The notes beneath the pieces were generated by a model. It had not been told where the DNA came from. It did no database searches and saw only the letters and a program-made list of their open reading frames with translations. This document shows positions 18,170 to 27,399 of a DNA stretch of 49,156 nt, piece by piece. Source of the DNA: Acidimicrobiia bacterium (GTDB taxonomy: Bacteria > Actinomycetota > Acidimicrobiia > Spongiisociales > ZC4RG35); assembly GCA_046565785.1 (NCBI GenBank), contig JBKHXZ010000166.1, positions 1 through 49,156 on the forward strand, written 5' to 3'. Both the position numbers and the translations under genes were made by a program. Numbering within the stretch: the first letter of the stretch is position 1; each line of letters begins with the position of its first letter.

Positions 18170-19342
18170 ATGGACCTCCCCCCCGTCACCAAGTCCCTGC
18201 GTTTCCGGGTGTCGTGGATCACCTCTGCGGTGGTCTTCGGGATCGGCGGATTGGCGCTCGGCATCGTCTATTTCGCGGTGCTCGACACTGTCCGCGGTCT
18301 GACCATGACCCGCCGGGTGGTCACCGGCGGTCATGTCATCGATCTGGGCGGCACCACGGTGCTCCTGCCACAGGTGGAGGAACAACAGATACGCACACTG
18401 GAGAGCATCGTTCGCGAGTTCATCCTCAATCAGGTGGCGGGGATCACGCTGATCGTGCTCGGTGTGCTCTTTGTGCTTTCTCTGGTGGTCGGGTGGTTCG
18501 TGGCGGGACGTGCCCTGCGCCCCCTCACCCGGATCACCGCGGTGGCACAGGAGATCGAAGCCACCGACTTGACGCGACGCATCGGCCTGGAAGGCCCACC
18601 CGACGAGCTGACCACGATGGCCGGGACGTTCGACGCCATGCTCGATCGGCTCGACCGGGCCTTCCGCGCGCAGCGCGAACTGCTGGCCAAGACCTCGCAC
18701 GATTTGCGGACACCGATCGCCGTCATCCGCTCGAACGTGGAGGTCATGCTCGACGATCCCGACGCCTCGGTCGACGATTGGCGGGATACCGGGCAATTGG
18801 TTTCTCGGGCCAGCGACCAGATGGGGCGGATGGTCGAAGAGCTTCTCGCCGTCGCCCGCCTCGAAGTCGGGGAGGTGCTGATGGTCGACCTGGACCTCGC
18901 CGAAGTGGTGACATCCACCGCAGAGGATTGGGCCGCCCGTCTCGAAGCCGCCGGGGTGGACATGGTCGTTCACGCCGCACACGCCCATGTCGAGGGGGAT
19001 CGGGCGACGATCGATCGGGCGGTCGGCAACCTGGTCGAGAACGCACTGCGCATGTCCCCGCGTGGCTCGCAGATCGACATCGGATGCGGGGTGCAGGACG
19101 GCTGGGCCTACCTGGTGGTCGCCGACCGTGGGCCCGGGATCGACCCAGGGGTGGTGGAAGGTTCGGCAGATGGGCGGGGTCTGGGGATTCCCATCGTTCG
19201 CGAGGTCGCCCGGCTCCACCATGGCCGCCTGTCGTCGGCGGTGCGCGAGGGCGGTGGTGCGTTGCTGGCGCTGTGGGTTCCGTACGACCCGACCGTGCCA
19301 GAACCGCTGGTGGAGGGTTTACCGACGATTTACCGCACGTGA
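18170..19342 (+). CDS. HAMP-domain sensor histidine kinase (MprB-like)
   Basis: 390 aa with two TM helices, a HAMP region, H-box 'SHDLRTPIAVIRS', N-box 'LVENALR' and G-box 'DRGPGI'. It lies 27 nt downstream of the response regulator. Confidence 0.9.
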   Translation: MDLPPVTKSLRFRVSWITSAVVFGIGGLALGIVYFAVLDTVRGLTMTRRVVTGGHVIDLGGTTVLLPQVEEQQIRTLESIVREFILNQVAGITLIVLGVLFVLSLVVGWFVAGRALRPLTRITAVAQEIEATDLTRRIGLEGPPDELTTMAGTFDAMLDRLDRAFRAQRELLAKTSHDLRTPIAVIRSNVEVMLDDPDASVDDWRDTGQLVSRASDQMGRMVEELLAVARLEVGEVLMVDLDLAEVVTSTAEDWAARLEAAGVDMVVHAAHAHVEGDRATIDRAVGNLVENALRMSPRGSQIDIGCGVQDGWAYLVVADRGPGIDPGVVEGSADGRGLGIPIVREVARLHHGRLSSAVREGGGALLALWVPYDPTVPEPLVEGLPTIYRT

Positions 19343-19381
19343 GATAGCTGTGAGTTTGCACAGCGTTCGTTTGGAGTTGGA

Positions 19382-20548
19382 ATGGTGGAGATGAAAGACC
19401 GAACCGAGGCGACCGACACGACGCCGGCTGAAGATCGCGCTCCGCGGATCGTCGTCGTGTTCGCCGTGCTGGCGGTCTTCGCCGGCGGCATAGGCATCGG
19501 CTGGCTCGCCAGCCCGCCTCCCTTGACCGAGGTGGCCGCCTCGACCACGACGAAGACATCGGAACCGGCAACGACAACGACGCTGCCGGACTCGGAGACC
19601 GATGTCGTGGCCCCCCCACCCGACAACACCGCCCCGCCCGCCGACCCCAACACCGGGGCGTTGGTGAGTTCCAGTTCGGAGGAACCGGTCGCCGATGTGG
19701 CGGAGGCGCTCCTCCCGTCGGTCGTCGAGATCGAACTCCCCGCCGGCGGGCTGGGGAGTGGAGTGATCTACGACAGCAACGGCCGAATTCTCACCGCCGG
19801 CCACGTCGTGACCAACGTGGAGACGGTCCTCGTCCGGTTCGCCAATGGGGATCGGGTTCCGGGCCGCGTCATCGGCACCGACGACGGCAACGACATCGCC
19901 GTTATCGAAGTCGACGAAACTGGATTGCCGGCTGCCCCCCTGGCGCTCGACGATGATCCCCGACCGGGCCAGCTGGCCATCGCCCTCGGATCGCCGTGGG
20001 GTCTCAACTCGACAGTCACCTCCGGGATCATCTCGGCGGTCGACCAGGCGATCGAAGGCCCGGACGGCAACATCCGTCTCATGCTCCAGACCGACGCCTC
20101 CATCAACCCGGGCAACTCCGGCGGACCCTTGGCAGACCGGTATGGCCGGATCATCGGGATCAACGTGTCGATCTACTCGGCTTCGGGCGCCAACGACGGT
20201 GTCGGTTTCGCAGTTCCGATCGACCGGGCCTACCGCGTGGCCCGCGCCATCGTGGAAGGGGGTTCCTTCGAGCCCGCTTTCCTCGGAGTGACTATCGCCC
20301 CCACCGAAACCGGTCGGGCGGGTTCGGTCATCACGACGATCACGCCCGGGACGGCCGCGGCAGAGGCCGGTCTCCAACTGGGCGACATCGTCGTGGCAGT
20401 CGACGGCGATCCGATCGCCGACTACATCGATCTCGCCGCTGTGATCCGAAACTATGCCGCCGGCGACACCGTCACGCTGGAAGTCCTGCGCGACGGGGAA
20501 CGACTCTTCCTCGACGTCGAGTTGGGTTCTCGCCCCGCTGAAGGCTGA
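19382..20548 (+). CDS. HtrA/PepD-like S1C serine protease with C-terminal PDZ domain
   Basis: 388 aa with an N-terminal TM anchor and a Thr-rich linker. The catalytic triad contexts are 'LTAGHVV', 'DIAVIEV' and 'GNSGGPL'. The PDZ-like tail is 'GDIVVAVDGDPI'. An alternative ATG lies at 19391. Confidence 0.9.
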   Translation: MVEMKDRTEATDTTPAEDRAPRIVVVFAVLAVFAGGIGIGWLASPPPLTEVAASTTTKTSEPATTTTLPDSETDVVAPPPDNTAPPADPNTGALVSSSSEEPVADVAEALLPSVVEIELPAGGLGSGVIYDSNGRILTAGHVVTNVETVLVRFANGDRVPGRVIGTDDGNDIAVIEVDETGLPAAPLALDDDPRPGQLAIALGSPWGLNSTVTSGIISAVDQAIEGPDGNIRLMLQTDASINPGNSGGPLADRYGRIIGINVSIYSASGANDGVGFAVPIDRAYRVARAIVEGGSFEPAFLGVTIAPTETGRAGSVITTITPGTAAAEAGLQLGDIVVAVDGDPIADYIDLAAVIRNYAAGDTVTLEVLRDGERLFLDVELGSRPAEG

Positions 20549-20559
20549 GCCGTTCTCCG

Positions 20560-20740
20560 GATCGGCTAGCGTGAGGTCGTCCGCTCTTCGGAGCGGTGCC
20601 GTTGGCAGCAGCGAAGTCCGGAACCAACCGGCGCTGTCCCGCAACTGTGAACTCCTTCGGGGGTGAGCCAGGTCGCCTGGTGCCACGGCGCAGACGAAGC
20701 CTCGGATGAAGGTGTAGTCCGCCGGCGAGACCGCCGTCGA
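20560..20740 (+). promoter_or_regulatory. Cobalamin (AdoCbl) riboswitch
   Basis: The 223-nt leader before the btuF-like gene contains 'GCGAAGTCCGGAACCAACCGGCGCTGTCCCGCAACTGTGA' followed by the B12-box-like 'GTGAGCCAGGTCGCCTGGTGCC'. These match the conserved core of RF00174-type elements. The boundaries are approximate. Confidence 0.8.
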
Positions 20741-20771
20741 CTCTCTTCATACTCCAGCCCAGGAGGATGGG

Positions 20772-21767
20772 ATGTTCAGAACGCAGGTGCCCCGAGCGGC
20801 ACTCTCACTCGTACTCGTACTCGCAGCGTGCGCCGGCGACGGATCCGCTGCTTCGACCGCTACCACGATGTCGGTCACGACGACTGCGCCGTCCACGACC
20901 ACCGTCGAGTCGACCACGACCATCACGGTCGACGACGGCTTTCCGGCCACGGTCGAGTGGAACGGGGTGGAAACGACGATCGAGGAGCGTCCCGAGTCCA
21001 TCGTGTCGCTGTCGCCGAGCGCCACCGAAATGCTCTTCGCCATCGGTGCCGGATCCCAGGTGGTGGCGGTGGACGAATACTCCTACTACCCCGAAGAGGC
21101 CCCGGTGACCGATCTCTCCGGGTTCACGCCCAACCTGGAGGCGATCGTCTCCTACTCGCCCGACCTGGTAGTGGTAAGCGACGACATCGACGGGATCGTC
21201 GGATCCCTGCAGGGGGTCGGTGTTCCCACGCTCGTACTCGGTGCCGTGTCGGCCATCGACGAGGTGTACGAACAGGTTCGGGTACTCGGTGTTGCCACCG
21301 GCAACCTCGACTCCGCCGAGACGCTGGCGACCGAGATGGAGGCCGAGATCGACTCGCTGGTCGCCGGCATCGACCCGGTGGACGAACCCCTTACCTACTA
21401 CCACGAGCTGGGTTCCGACGGTGGAGGCGCGTTCTATTCGGTGACGTCGTCGACCTTCATCGGTGAAGTGTTCGGGGCTTTCGGTCTGGAGAACATCGCC
21501 GACCCTGCCGACACCGACGGTTTCGGATATCCGGTGTTGTCGGTCGAGTACATCCTCGACGCGGACCCCGACCTCATCTTCTTCACCAGCTGCTGCGGGG
21601 ACACTCCGGAGTCGATCTCTTCCCGACCCGGGTGGGACTCGGTCACGGCGGTCCGCAACGGCTGGCTGTTCGAGCTGAACGATGACCTGGCATCCCGCTG
21701 GGGGCCACGCCTCGTCGAGTTCTTCCGGGTGGTGGCCTCGGCTTTGGAGGAGGCGACGACGGCGTGA
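20772..21767 (+). CDS. Corrinoid/iron-complex ABC transporter substrate-binding lipoprotein (BtuF-like)
   Basis: Lipobox 'LVLAAC', a Thr-rich linker, then 'PESIVSLSPSATEMLFAIGAGSQVVAVDEYSYYP', typical of BtuF/class III SBPs. It is preceded by a B12 riboswitch and AGGAGGA. Confidence 0.85.
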   Translation: MFRTQVPRAALSLVLVLAACAGDGSAASTATTMSVTTTAPSTTTVESTTTITVDDGFPATVEWNGVETTIEERPESIVSLSPSATEMLFAIGAGSQVVAVDEYSYYPEEAPVTDLSGFTPNLEAIVSYSPDLVVVSDDIDGIVGSLQGVGVPTLVLGAVSAIDEVYEQVRVLGVATGNLDSAETLATEMEAEIDSLVAGIDPVDEPLTYYHELGSDGGGAFYSVTSSTFIGEVFGAFGLENIADPADTDGFGYPVLSVEYILDADPDLIFFTSCCGDTPESISSRPGWDSVTAVRNGWLFELNDDLASRWGPRLVEFFRVVASALEEATTA

Positions 21768-22792
21768 CCACCCCGGCGCTCACGCCCAGCCGCCTCCGTC
21801 CGGTCCATGTGGTTTCCGGCTCGGTGGCCCTGGTCGCGGCGCTCGCCGCCGGCACCCTGGTCGGCCCTTCCGGGCTGACCGCCGGCGCCGCTCTCGGAGC
21901 GTTGGTCGACTGGATCCCGGGAGTCGATACCGCCCCGATCTCCGACGCCCATTCCGCCATCCTGTTCTCGTGGCGGCTTCCCCGGGTGGTCCTCGGAGCG
22001 TTGGTCGGGGCGTGTCTGGCGATGTCCGGAGCGGCCTACCAGGGGGTGTTCCGCAACCCCCTGGCCGATCCGTATCTCCTGGGGGCGGCTGCCGGCGCCG
22101 GCCTGGGAGCCACGGTCGCCATCACCACCGGGGCTCGCGGCCTGATCGGCCTGGCGGCGTTCGCCGGCGCACTGGCGGCGGTGGGGGTGGCGTACGCCCT
22201 CGGACGGGCGGCCGGCGGACGGACCGGACCGGCGATCATCCTGGCCGGGGTGGCGGTGGCCGCCTTCCTCACCGCCACCCAGACCTATCTGCAACAGCGC
22301 AATACCGACACGCTCCGGGAGGTCTACGTGTGGATCCTCGGGCGACTGTCGACCAACGGCTGGGGGGATGTGCTCACGCTGCTGCCCTACGCGCTCGGGG
22401 CAGGGACGGTGATCTTCGCCCTGCGCCGCCATCTGGACGTCCTCGCCGTCGGTGAGGAGGAAGCAGCGACCCTGGGACTCCCGGTGGGTCGGGTGCGGCT
22501 CCTCCTGGTCGCGGCTGCCACCCTCGCCACGTCGGCGGCGGTAGCGGTGAGCGGCCTGATCGGATTCGTCGGAATCATCGTGCCGCACCTGGTGAGGCTC
22601 GTCGCCGGCGCCAGCTACCGGGTGGTCGTCCCACTCTCGATGCTGTTCGGCGCCGCCTTCATGGTCATCACCGACTTGGGTGCGAGAACCGTCATGAGCC
22701 CGGCCGAACTCCCGATCGGGGTGGTGACGGCTTTCCTCGGTGCGCCGTTCTTCCTGCTCGTGTTACGCCGGTCGAGGAGGGTCGTCGAGTGA
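21764..22792 (+). CDS. FecCD-family ABC transporter permease (BtuC-like)
   Basis: 342 aa polytopic protein. 'LPRVVLGALVGACLAMSGAAYQGVFRNPLADPYLLG' is the FecCD signature region. Its GTG start overlaps the preceding stop (GTGA). Confidence 0.9.
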   Translation: MTTPALTPSRLRPVHVVSGSVALVAALAAGTLVGPSGLTAGAALGALVDWIPGVDTAPISDAHSAILFSWRLPRVVLGALVGACLAMSGAAYQGVFRNPLADPYLLGAAAGAGLGATVAITTGARGLIGLAAFAGALAAVGVAYALGRAAGGRTGPAIILAGVAVAAFLTATQTYLQQRNTDTLREVYVWILGRLSTNGWGDVLTLLPYALGAGTVIFALRRHLDVLAVGEEEAATLGLPVGRVRLLLVAAATLATSAAVAVSGLIGFVGIIVPHLVRLVAGASYRVVVPLSMLFGAAFMVITDLGARTVMSPAELPIGVVTAFLGAPFFLLVLRRSRRVVE

Positions 22793-23601
22793 CGAAGCTG
22801 ATGCTCGAAGACGTCTCTGTGGCACTCGACGGCAATGCCATCGTGCGCCACGTGGATCTGTCGGTGCCGGATGGTGCATTCGTCGGATTGGTCGGACCCA
22901 ACGGGGCGGGCAAGACCACGATCCTGGGCACCGTGGCGGGAATCGTCCCCTACCGCGGCCGTGTCCTGATCGACGGCGAGGACTCGGCGGCCATGCGACG
23001 CGACGAGCGAGCCCGGAAGGTCGCCCTGGTCCCGCAACGTCCCAATGCTCCTGCGGGCATGACGGTGGCCGATTACGTCCTGTTGGGGATAACTCCTCAT
23101 CTCGGTTTCCTCGCCACCGAATCCCGCCGCGACCTCCACGCAGCCCACGCGTCGCTGGAGTCGCTGGACGTTGCTCATCTCGGTTCTCGAGAGCTGACCA
23201 CGCTGTCCGGTGGAGAATTCCAACGGGTCGTGCTGGCCCGCGCCCTCGCCCAAGGGGCACCTCTCCTGCTGCTCGACGAGCCCACCAGCGCACTCGACGT
23301 CGGTCACAGCCAACGGGTGCTGTCGATGGTCGACGCCATGCGCCGCTCCTGCGGGTTGACCGTGGTCGCCGCCGTCCATGACCTCACCTTGGCCGCCCAG
23401 TTCTGTGACCGGTTGGTGATGATGGCCGGTGGCGGTGTCGTCGCCGAAGGTGCCCCGGTGACGGTGTTGACCGAGTCGGCCATCGCCGCCCACTACGGCG
23501 CCACGGTTCGCGTTCTCGACGACGGCGACGGCAGAGTGGTGGTCATCCCCAGCCGCAGTCACGTTTCGACCCCGGTCGACCTGGCCAAGGAGGCCCCATG
23601 A
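22789..23601 (+). CDS. ABC transporter ATP-binding protein (BtuD/FecE-like)
   Basis: Walker A 'GPNGAGKTT', signature 'LSGGEFQR' and Walker B 'LLLLDEPTSALD'. Its start overlaps the permease stop (GTGA). Confidence 0.9.
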   Translation: MTKLMLEDVSVALDGNAIVRHVDLSVPDGAFVGLVGPNGAGKTTILGTVAGIVPYRGRVLIDGEDSAAMRRDERARKVALVPQRPNAPAGMTVADYVLLGITPHLGFLATESRRDLHAAHASLESLDVAHLGSRELTTLSGGEFQRVVLARALAQGAPLLLLDEPTSALDVGHSQRVLSMVDAMRRSCGLTVVAAVHDLTLAAQFCDRLVMMAGGGVVAEGAPVTVLTESAIAAHYGATVRVLDDGDGRVVVIPSRSHVSTPVDLAKEAP

Positions 23602-24170
23602 ACGAACGCTCCGACACACCGCCGGTCGAACCGCCTCCCAAGGCGAGTGTCCGTGCGCCATCGTTGGTGTTGGTCAACACCGGGGACGGGAAGGGAAAGA
23701 GCACAGCCGCATTCGGCGTGATGATCCGAGCCGTGGCGCGAGGCTGGAAGGTGGCCGTCATCCAGTTCCTGAAATCGGGGGAGTGGAAGGTGGGGGAAGA
23801 AGAGGTCGGGCGGCGATTGGGCGTCGACTGGTGGGCGTTGGGAGACGGGTTCACCTGGGACGCCGCCGAGTTGAGCGAATCCCAGGCAGTGGCGAAAGAG
23901 GCGTGGCGGTTCGCTTCCGAGCGGATTCGATCTGGGGAGTACGACCTCGTCGTCCTCGACGAACTCACCTATCCGATGAACTGGGGATGGATCGATCCTG
24001 CAGAAGTCATCGAGACCATCCGGACGAGGCCGGAGAAGGTGAACGTGATCGTCACCGGCCGTGATGCCTCCGAGGCACTCATCGAGATCGCCGACACGGT
24101 CACCGAGATGGGGAAGGTGAAGCACCCCTACGACCGGGGGATCATGTCGCGCCGGGGAATCGACTACTGA
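23598..24170 (+). CDS. cobO: Cob(I)yrinic acid a,c-diamide / cob(I)alamin adenosyltransferase (CobO/BtuR type)
   Basis: 190 aa. 'GDGKGKSTAAFGVMIRAVARGWKVAVIQFLK' and 'LVVLDELTYPMNWGWI' are CobA/CobO hallmarks. ATGA overlap with the ATPase gene. Confidence 0.9.
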   Translation: MNERSDTPPVEPPPKASVRAPSLVLVNTGDGKGKSTAAFGVMIRAVARGWKVAVIQFLKSGEWKVGEEEVGRRLGVDWWALGDGFTWDAAELSESQAVAKEAWRFASERIRSGEYDLVVLDELTYPMNWGWIDPAEVIETIRTRPEKVNVIVTGRDASEALIEIADTVTEMGKVKHPYDRGIMSRRGIDY

Positions 24171-24688
24171 TGTCCTACGACTTCCTCACCGGCGGAGCCC
24201 GGAGCGGGAAGTCCCGATCGGCGGAACGTCTGGCCGTCCAGTCCGAATCCGAGGTGACGGTCGTCGCCACGGCCGAACCGGGCGACGACGAGATGGCACG
24301 ACGCATCGCGCGTCATCGGGCGGAACGCCCGTCGTCATGGGACACCGTCGAGGAGCCACGAGATCTCCTGAGTGCGATCTCGGCCATCGATCCTGGGCGG
24401 TTCCTCGTGCTGGACTGTCTGACCCTGTGGCTCGCCAACATGCTGGCCGGCGACGACTCGGACATCCTGGAGACTGGCGAGGTGGTGGCTGGCGAGCTGG
24501 CGCGGAGACCCGGCGGTGGCGTGGTCGTCTCCAACGAGGTGGGAGATGGGATCGTGCCCGCCGACCCACTCAGCCGCCGGTATCGCGATCTGCTCGGCGG
24601 CATGAATCGAATCTTCGCCGACCGGGCCGATCGAGCCTTCCTGGTGGTGGCCGGGCAGGTGATCCGTCTGGAGCGCCCGCCGTGGTGA
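24170..24688 (+). CDS. cobU: Adenosylcobinamide kinase / adenosylcobinamide-phosphate guanylyltransferase
   Basis: 172 aa with the P-loop 'GGARSGKS', 'HRAERPSSWDTVE' and 'VVSNEVGDGIVP', typical of CobU/CobP. TGATG overlap with cobO. Confidence 0.85.
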   Translation: MSYDFLTGGARSGKSRSAERLAVQSESEVTVVATAEPGDDEMARRIARHRAERPSSWDTVEEPRDLLSAISAIDPGRFLVLDCLTLWLANMLAGDDSDILETGEVVAGELARRPGGGVVVSNEVGDGIVPADPLSRRYRDLLGGMNRIFADRADRAFLVVAGQVIRLERPPW

Positions 24689-25671
24689 GCGATCTCGTCG
24701 CCGACCTGGCACGTGCTCCGAGCGTCGACGAACTCTCCCGGCAGGCGGTGCTGCAACGCGCCAACCGGGTGCTGCGTCCGCCGGGAGCGCTCGCCAAACT
24801 CGATCGGGTTGCAGGCTGGCTCGCCGGATGGCAGCGCACCGACGTTCCGGCCGTGTCTCGACCGGCGTTGGTTCTGGCGGCCGGCGATCACGGGGTGGTG
24901 GCGAGGGGCGTGTCGGCGTATCCCCCCGAAGTGACGGCGGCCATCGTGGACGCGATACGCGCCGGCGCCGCCACATCGGCCGTGCTTGCTCGAGAACTTG
25001 ACGTGGCGCTGCGGCTGGTGGACGGTGGGGTCGGCCATCCCACAGGGGACATCGTCACCGACGACGCCCTCGGCCTGGAGCGGTTCGAGCACCTGATCGC
25101 GCTCGGACGCCAGACGGTGGCCGACCTCGACGCCGATCTCCTGCTCCTGGGCGAGATGGGGATCGGAAACACCACAGCCACGGCCGCGGTCGTCGCCGCC
25201 CTGCTGGGGGCCGAGGTCGAGGCCTGTGTCGGCCGGGGAGCCGGCATCGACGACGAGGCACTGGCGGAGAAACAGCGGGTCGTACGGATGGCAGTCGAAC
25301 GCGTGCAATCGGCCGACCCTCTGCAAACCCTCCGACGCTTGGGCGGGGCCGAGCATGCGGTCCTGGTCGGGGTGATCGCCGAGGCCCGCCTCCGCTCCCT
25401 GCCGCTGATGTTGGACGGCTACGTCACGTCGGCAGCGGCGCTGGCGTTGGAGCTGGCTGCCCCAGGGTCGATCGATCATTGTCTTGCGTCGCACCTTTCG
25501 CCCGAGCCGGGGCATCGCCTGGTGCTCGAACGCCTGGGCCTCGAACCGCTGCTCGACCTGGAGATGCGGTTGGGCGAGGGCTCAGGTGCACTGGTGGCCC
25601 TGCCGGTGGTGAGATTGGCGGCGGCCGCAGTGGTCGATGTCGTCACCTTCGAAGAGTGGGGGCTGGCATGA
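24685..25671 (+). CDS. cobT: Nicotinate-nucleotide--dimethylbenzimidazole phosphoribosyltransferase
   Basis: 'PPGALAKLDRVAGWLAGWQ', 'LLLLGEMGIGNTTATAAV' and 'LEMRLGEGSGAL' are CobT signatures. The start is taken at the GTG at 24685, overlapping the cobU stop; the GTG at 24682 is an alternative. The listed ORF 24337..25671 extends upstream inside cobU. Confidence 0.9.
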   Translation: MSDLVADLARAPSVDELSRQAVLQRANRVLRPPGALAKLDRVAGWLAGWQRTDVPAVSRPALVLAAGDHGVVARGVSAYPPEVTAAIVDAIRAGAATSAVLARELDVALRLVDGGVGHPTGDIVTDDALGLERFEHLIALGRQTVADLDADLLLLGEMGIGNTTATAAVVAALLGAEVEACVGRGAGIDDEALAEKQRVVRMAVERVQSADPLQTLRRLGGAEHAVLVGVIAEARLRSLPLMLDGYVTSAAALALELAAPGSIDHCLASHLSPEPGHRLVLERLGLEPLLDLEMRLGEGSGALVALPVVRLAAAAVVDVVTFEEWGLA

Positions 25672-26384
25672 GCCGACTGGCCGCCGCGTTCGGTTTTCTC
25701 ACTCGGATCCCCGTCCGCACCGGGTCCGACCCGTCCAGCGCCATCGGCTGGTTCCCGGTTGTCGGTGCCGTCGTCGGTGCAGTGAGCGGCACGGTGTTCT
25801 GGGCTGCATCGCAGGTGACCGTCCCCTGGATGGCGGCGAGCCTGGCGGTGGCCGCTGCGGTCGCCGTCACCGGCGCGTTCCACGAGGACGGGTTGGCCGA
25901 CACCTTCGACGGTGTTTCTTCGATTCGGAGCACCGAACGCCAGGTCGAGATCATGCGGGACTCCCGCTTGGGGTCGTTCGGGGTGGCCGCCTTGACACTC
26001 GTGCTCGTCTCCCGCGTGGCCGGGGTGGCGGCGCTCGCCCCGACGTGGCGAGCGGTGCTGGTCCTCGCCTGGCTCCACGCCGTCGCCGCTGCCGTGGTCA
26101 TCGTGGTCATGTCGGTGGCCTCTCCCGCCCGAGTGGACGGCTCCGGCGCCGAATATCTCCGCCGGTTCTCGCCGACCATCCCGCTGGCGGTGGCGGCCTT
26201 CACCGTTGCCGGCGGATGGCTCCTGGTCGGGGCCGTCCTGGTTCCGGCCGTGGCCGGAGCACTGGTTCCGGCAGGTGTGGTCGCCTGGTGGGCGAGTCGT
26301 CGCCTGGGAGGAGTCACCGGTGACGTCCTCGGCGCATGCCAGCAGTTGGCATTGGTCGGGGGACTGGCCATCGTTGCGGCGTGA
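25668..26384 (+). CDS. cobS: Adenosylcobinamide-GDP ribazoletransferase (cobalamin synthase)
   Basis: The N-terminus 'MSRLAAAFGFLTRIPV' and 'TGAFHEDGLADTFDG' are typical of CobS/CobV, and the protein is polytopic. ATGA overlap with the cobT stop. Confidence 0.85.
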   Translation: MSRLAAAFGFLTRIPVRTGSDPSSAIGWFPVVGAVVGAVSGTVFWAASQVTVPWMAASLAVAAAVAVTGAFHEDGLADTFDGVSSIRSTERQVEIMRDSRLGSFGVAALTLVLVSRVAGVAALAPTWRAVLVLAWLHAVAAAVVIVVMSVASPARVDGSGAEYLRRFSPTIPLAVAAFTVAGGWLLVGAVLVPAVAGALVPAGVVAWWASRRLGGVTGDVLGACQQLALVGGLAIVAA

Positions 26385-26926
26385 CCGTTCGTATTTCGTT
26401 CGTCCGCCACGGCCAGACGCATTGGAACCGGGAACGTCGTCTCCTGGGCTGGACCGACATCGGTCTCGACGAGGTCGGGGAACGCCAGGCGGCGTCTTTG
26501 GGCGCGCGGCTGGATGTCACCCCCTACGACCACATCGTCACCTCGGACCTGTCGCGGGCGACTGCCACCGCTCGTCTGGCCGGCTGGTCCGACGCGCTTG
26601 CCGACTGGCGTCTGCGCGAGATCGACTTCGGCCGGTTGGAAGGACAGACCTGGGACGAGTTGGACGACCCGGTGCGTGAAGCGCTGGTTGCCTTCGACGG
26701 ATTCGTCGCTCCCGGCGGCGAATCCACCGCCGGATTGGTTGAGCGGGTCGTCGACGCCCTCGATGGTTTCGACCGCGGCTCGCACCTGGTGGTGACTCAC
26801 GGTGGTGTGATCCGGGCGGTGCTACGCCAATGTGGTGAGGTCGGAGCGTTCCCCGATCACGTCACGGTCTACACGGTGGATTGGGGCAGGCGCGTGGTGT
26901 TGGACGCTCAGACCCCGACGGTCTGA
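26381..26926 (+). CDS. cobC: Histidine-phosphatase family protein, probable alpha-ribazole-5'-phosphate phosphatase
   Basis: 'ISFVRHGQTHWN' (the RHG motif) and 'VVTHGGVIRAV'. GTGA overlap with the cobS stop. The assignment to cobC rests on operon context. Confidence 0.7.
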   Translation: MTVRISFVRHGQTHWNRERRLLGWTDIGLDEVGERQAASLGARLDVTPYDHIVTSDLSRATATARLAGWSDALADWRLREIDFGRLEGQTWDELDDPVREALVAFDGFVAPGGESTAGLVERVVDALDGFDRGSHLVVTHGGVIRAVLRQCGEVGAFPDHVTVYTVDWGRRVVLDAQTPTV

Positions 26927-27399
26927 GAACGCCTCTCCATCAGCACCACGTTGTGCCACTTGCCGTTCACCTGACCGATTCGTTCACGCACCCCGACCAC
27001 CCGGAACCCGGCGGCTTCGTGGATATGGATCGACACGGTGTTCTCTTCGAAGATCTGCGCTTGCAGTGTCCAAAAGCCTGCTTCCTCGGACTTCTCGATC
27101 AGGGCTTCCAGCAGCTTCTGGCCGTGCTTCTTACCTCGAGCATCCTCGGCGACGTAGATGGACAGTTCGGCGACGCCGCCGTAGGCGCATCGGCCCGTCA
27201 CCGGGGTGAGGGCGGCCCAAGCTACGACCTCGCCGTCCTCCTCGGCGACCACCCGACAGGGCTCGAGATGCGACGCATCCCATGCCATCCACGAGGGGGC
27301 GATGGTGTCCAAAGTTGCAGTTCCGGTCGCGATGCCGTCTTCGTAGATACGGTGGATCGCAGGCCAGTCGGTCGGTGCCATGGCACGTACAGATGGCAT
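26908..27399 (-). CDS. GNAT N-acetyltransferase, phosphinothricin-acetyltransferase-like
   Basis: 163 aa. 'DWPAIHRIYEDGIATGTATL', 'AELSIYVAEDARGKKHGQKLLEALI' and 'FRVVGVRERIGQVNGKWHNVVLMER' match the PAT/MddA-like GNAT pattern. Confidence 0.85.
   Translation of the reverse strand: MPSVRAMAPTDWPAIHRIYEDGIATGTATLDTIAPSWMAWDASHLEPCRVVAEEDGEVVAWAALTPVTGRCAYGGVAELSIYVAEDARGKKHGQKLLEALIEKSEEAGFWTLQAQIFEENTVSIHIHEAAGFRVVGVRERIGQVNGKWHNVVLMERRSQTVGV

Noticed and set aside
24337-26380. Upstream extensions of the cobT (24337), cobS (25479) and cobC-like (26336) listed ORFs
   Set aside because: Family homology starts at the downstream GTG or ATG codons that overlap the preceding stop codons (24685, 25668, 26381). 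The extensions run inside the upstream genes in another frame.
20560-26926. Interpreting the cob genes as part of a de novo cobalamin biosynthesis cluster
   Set aside because: Only transport, adenosylation and nucleotide-loop genes are present. No corrin-ring methyltransferases, chelatase or amidases occur in the window, so only salvage or loop assembly can be claimed from this sequence.
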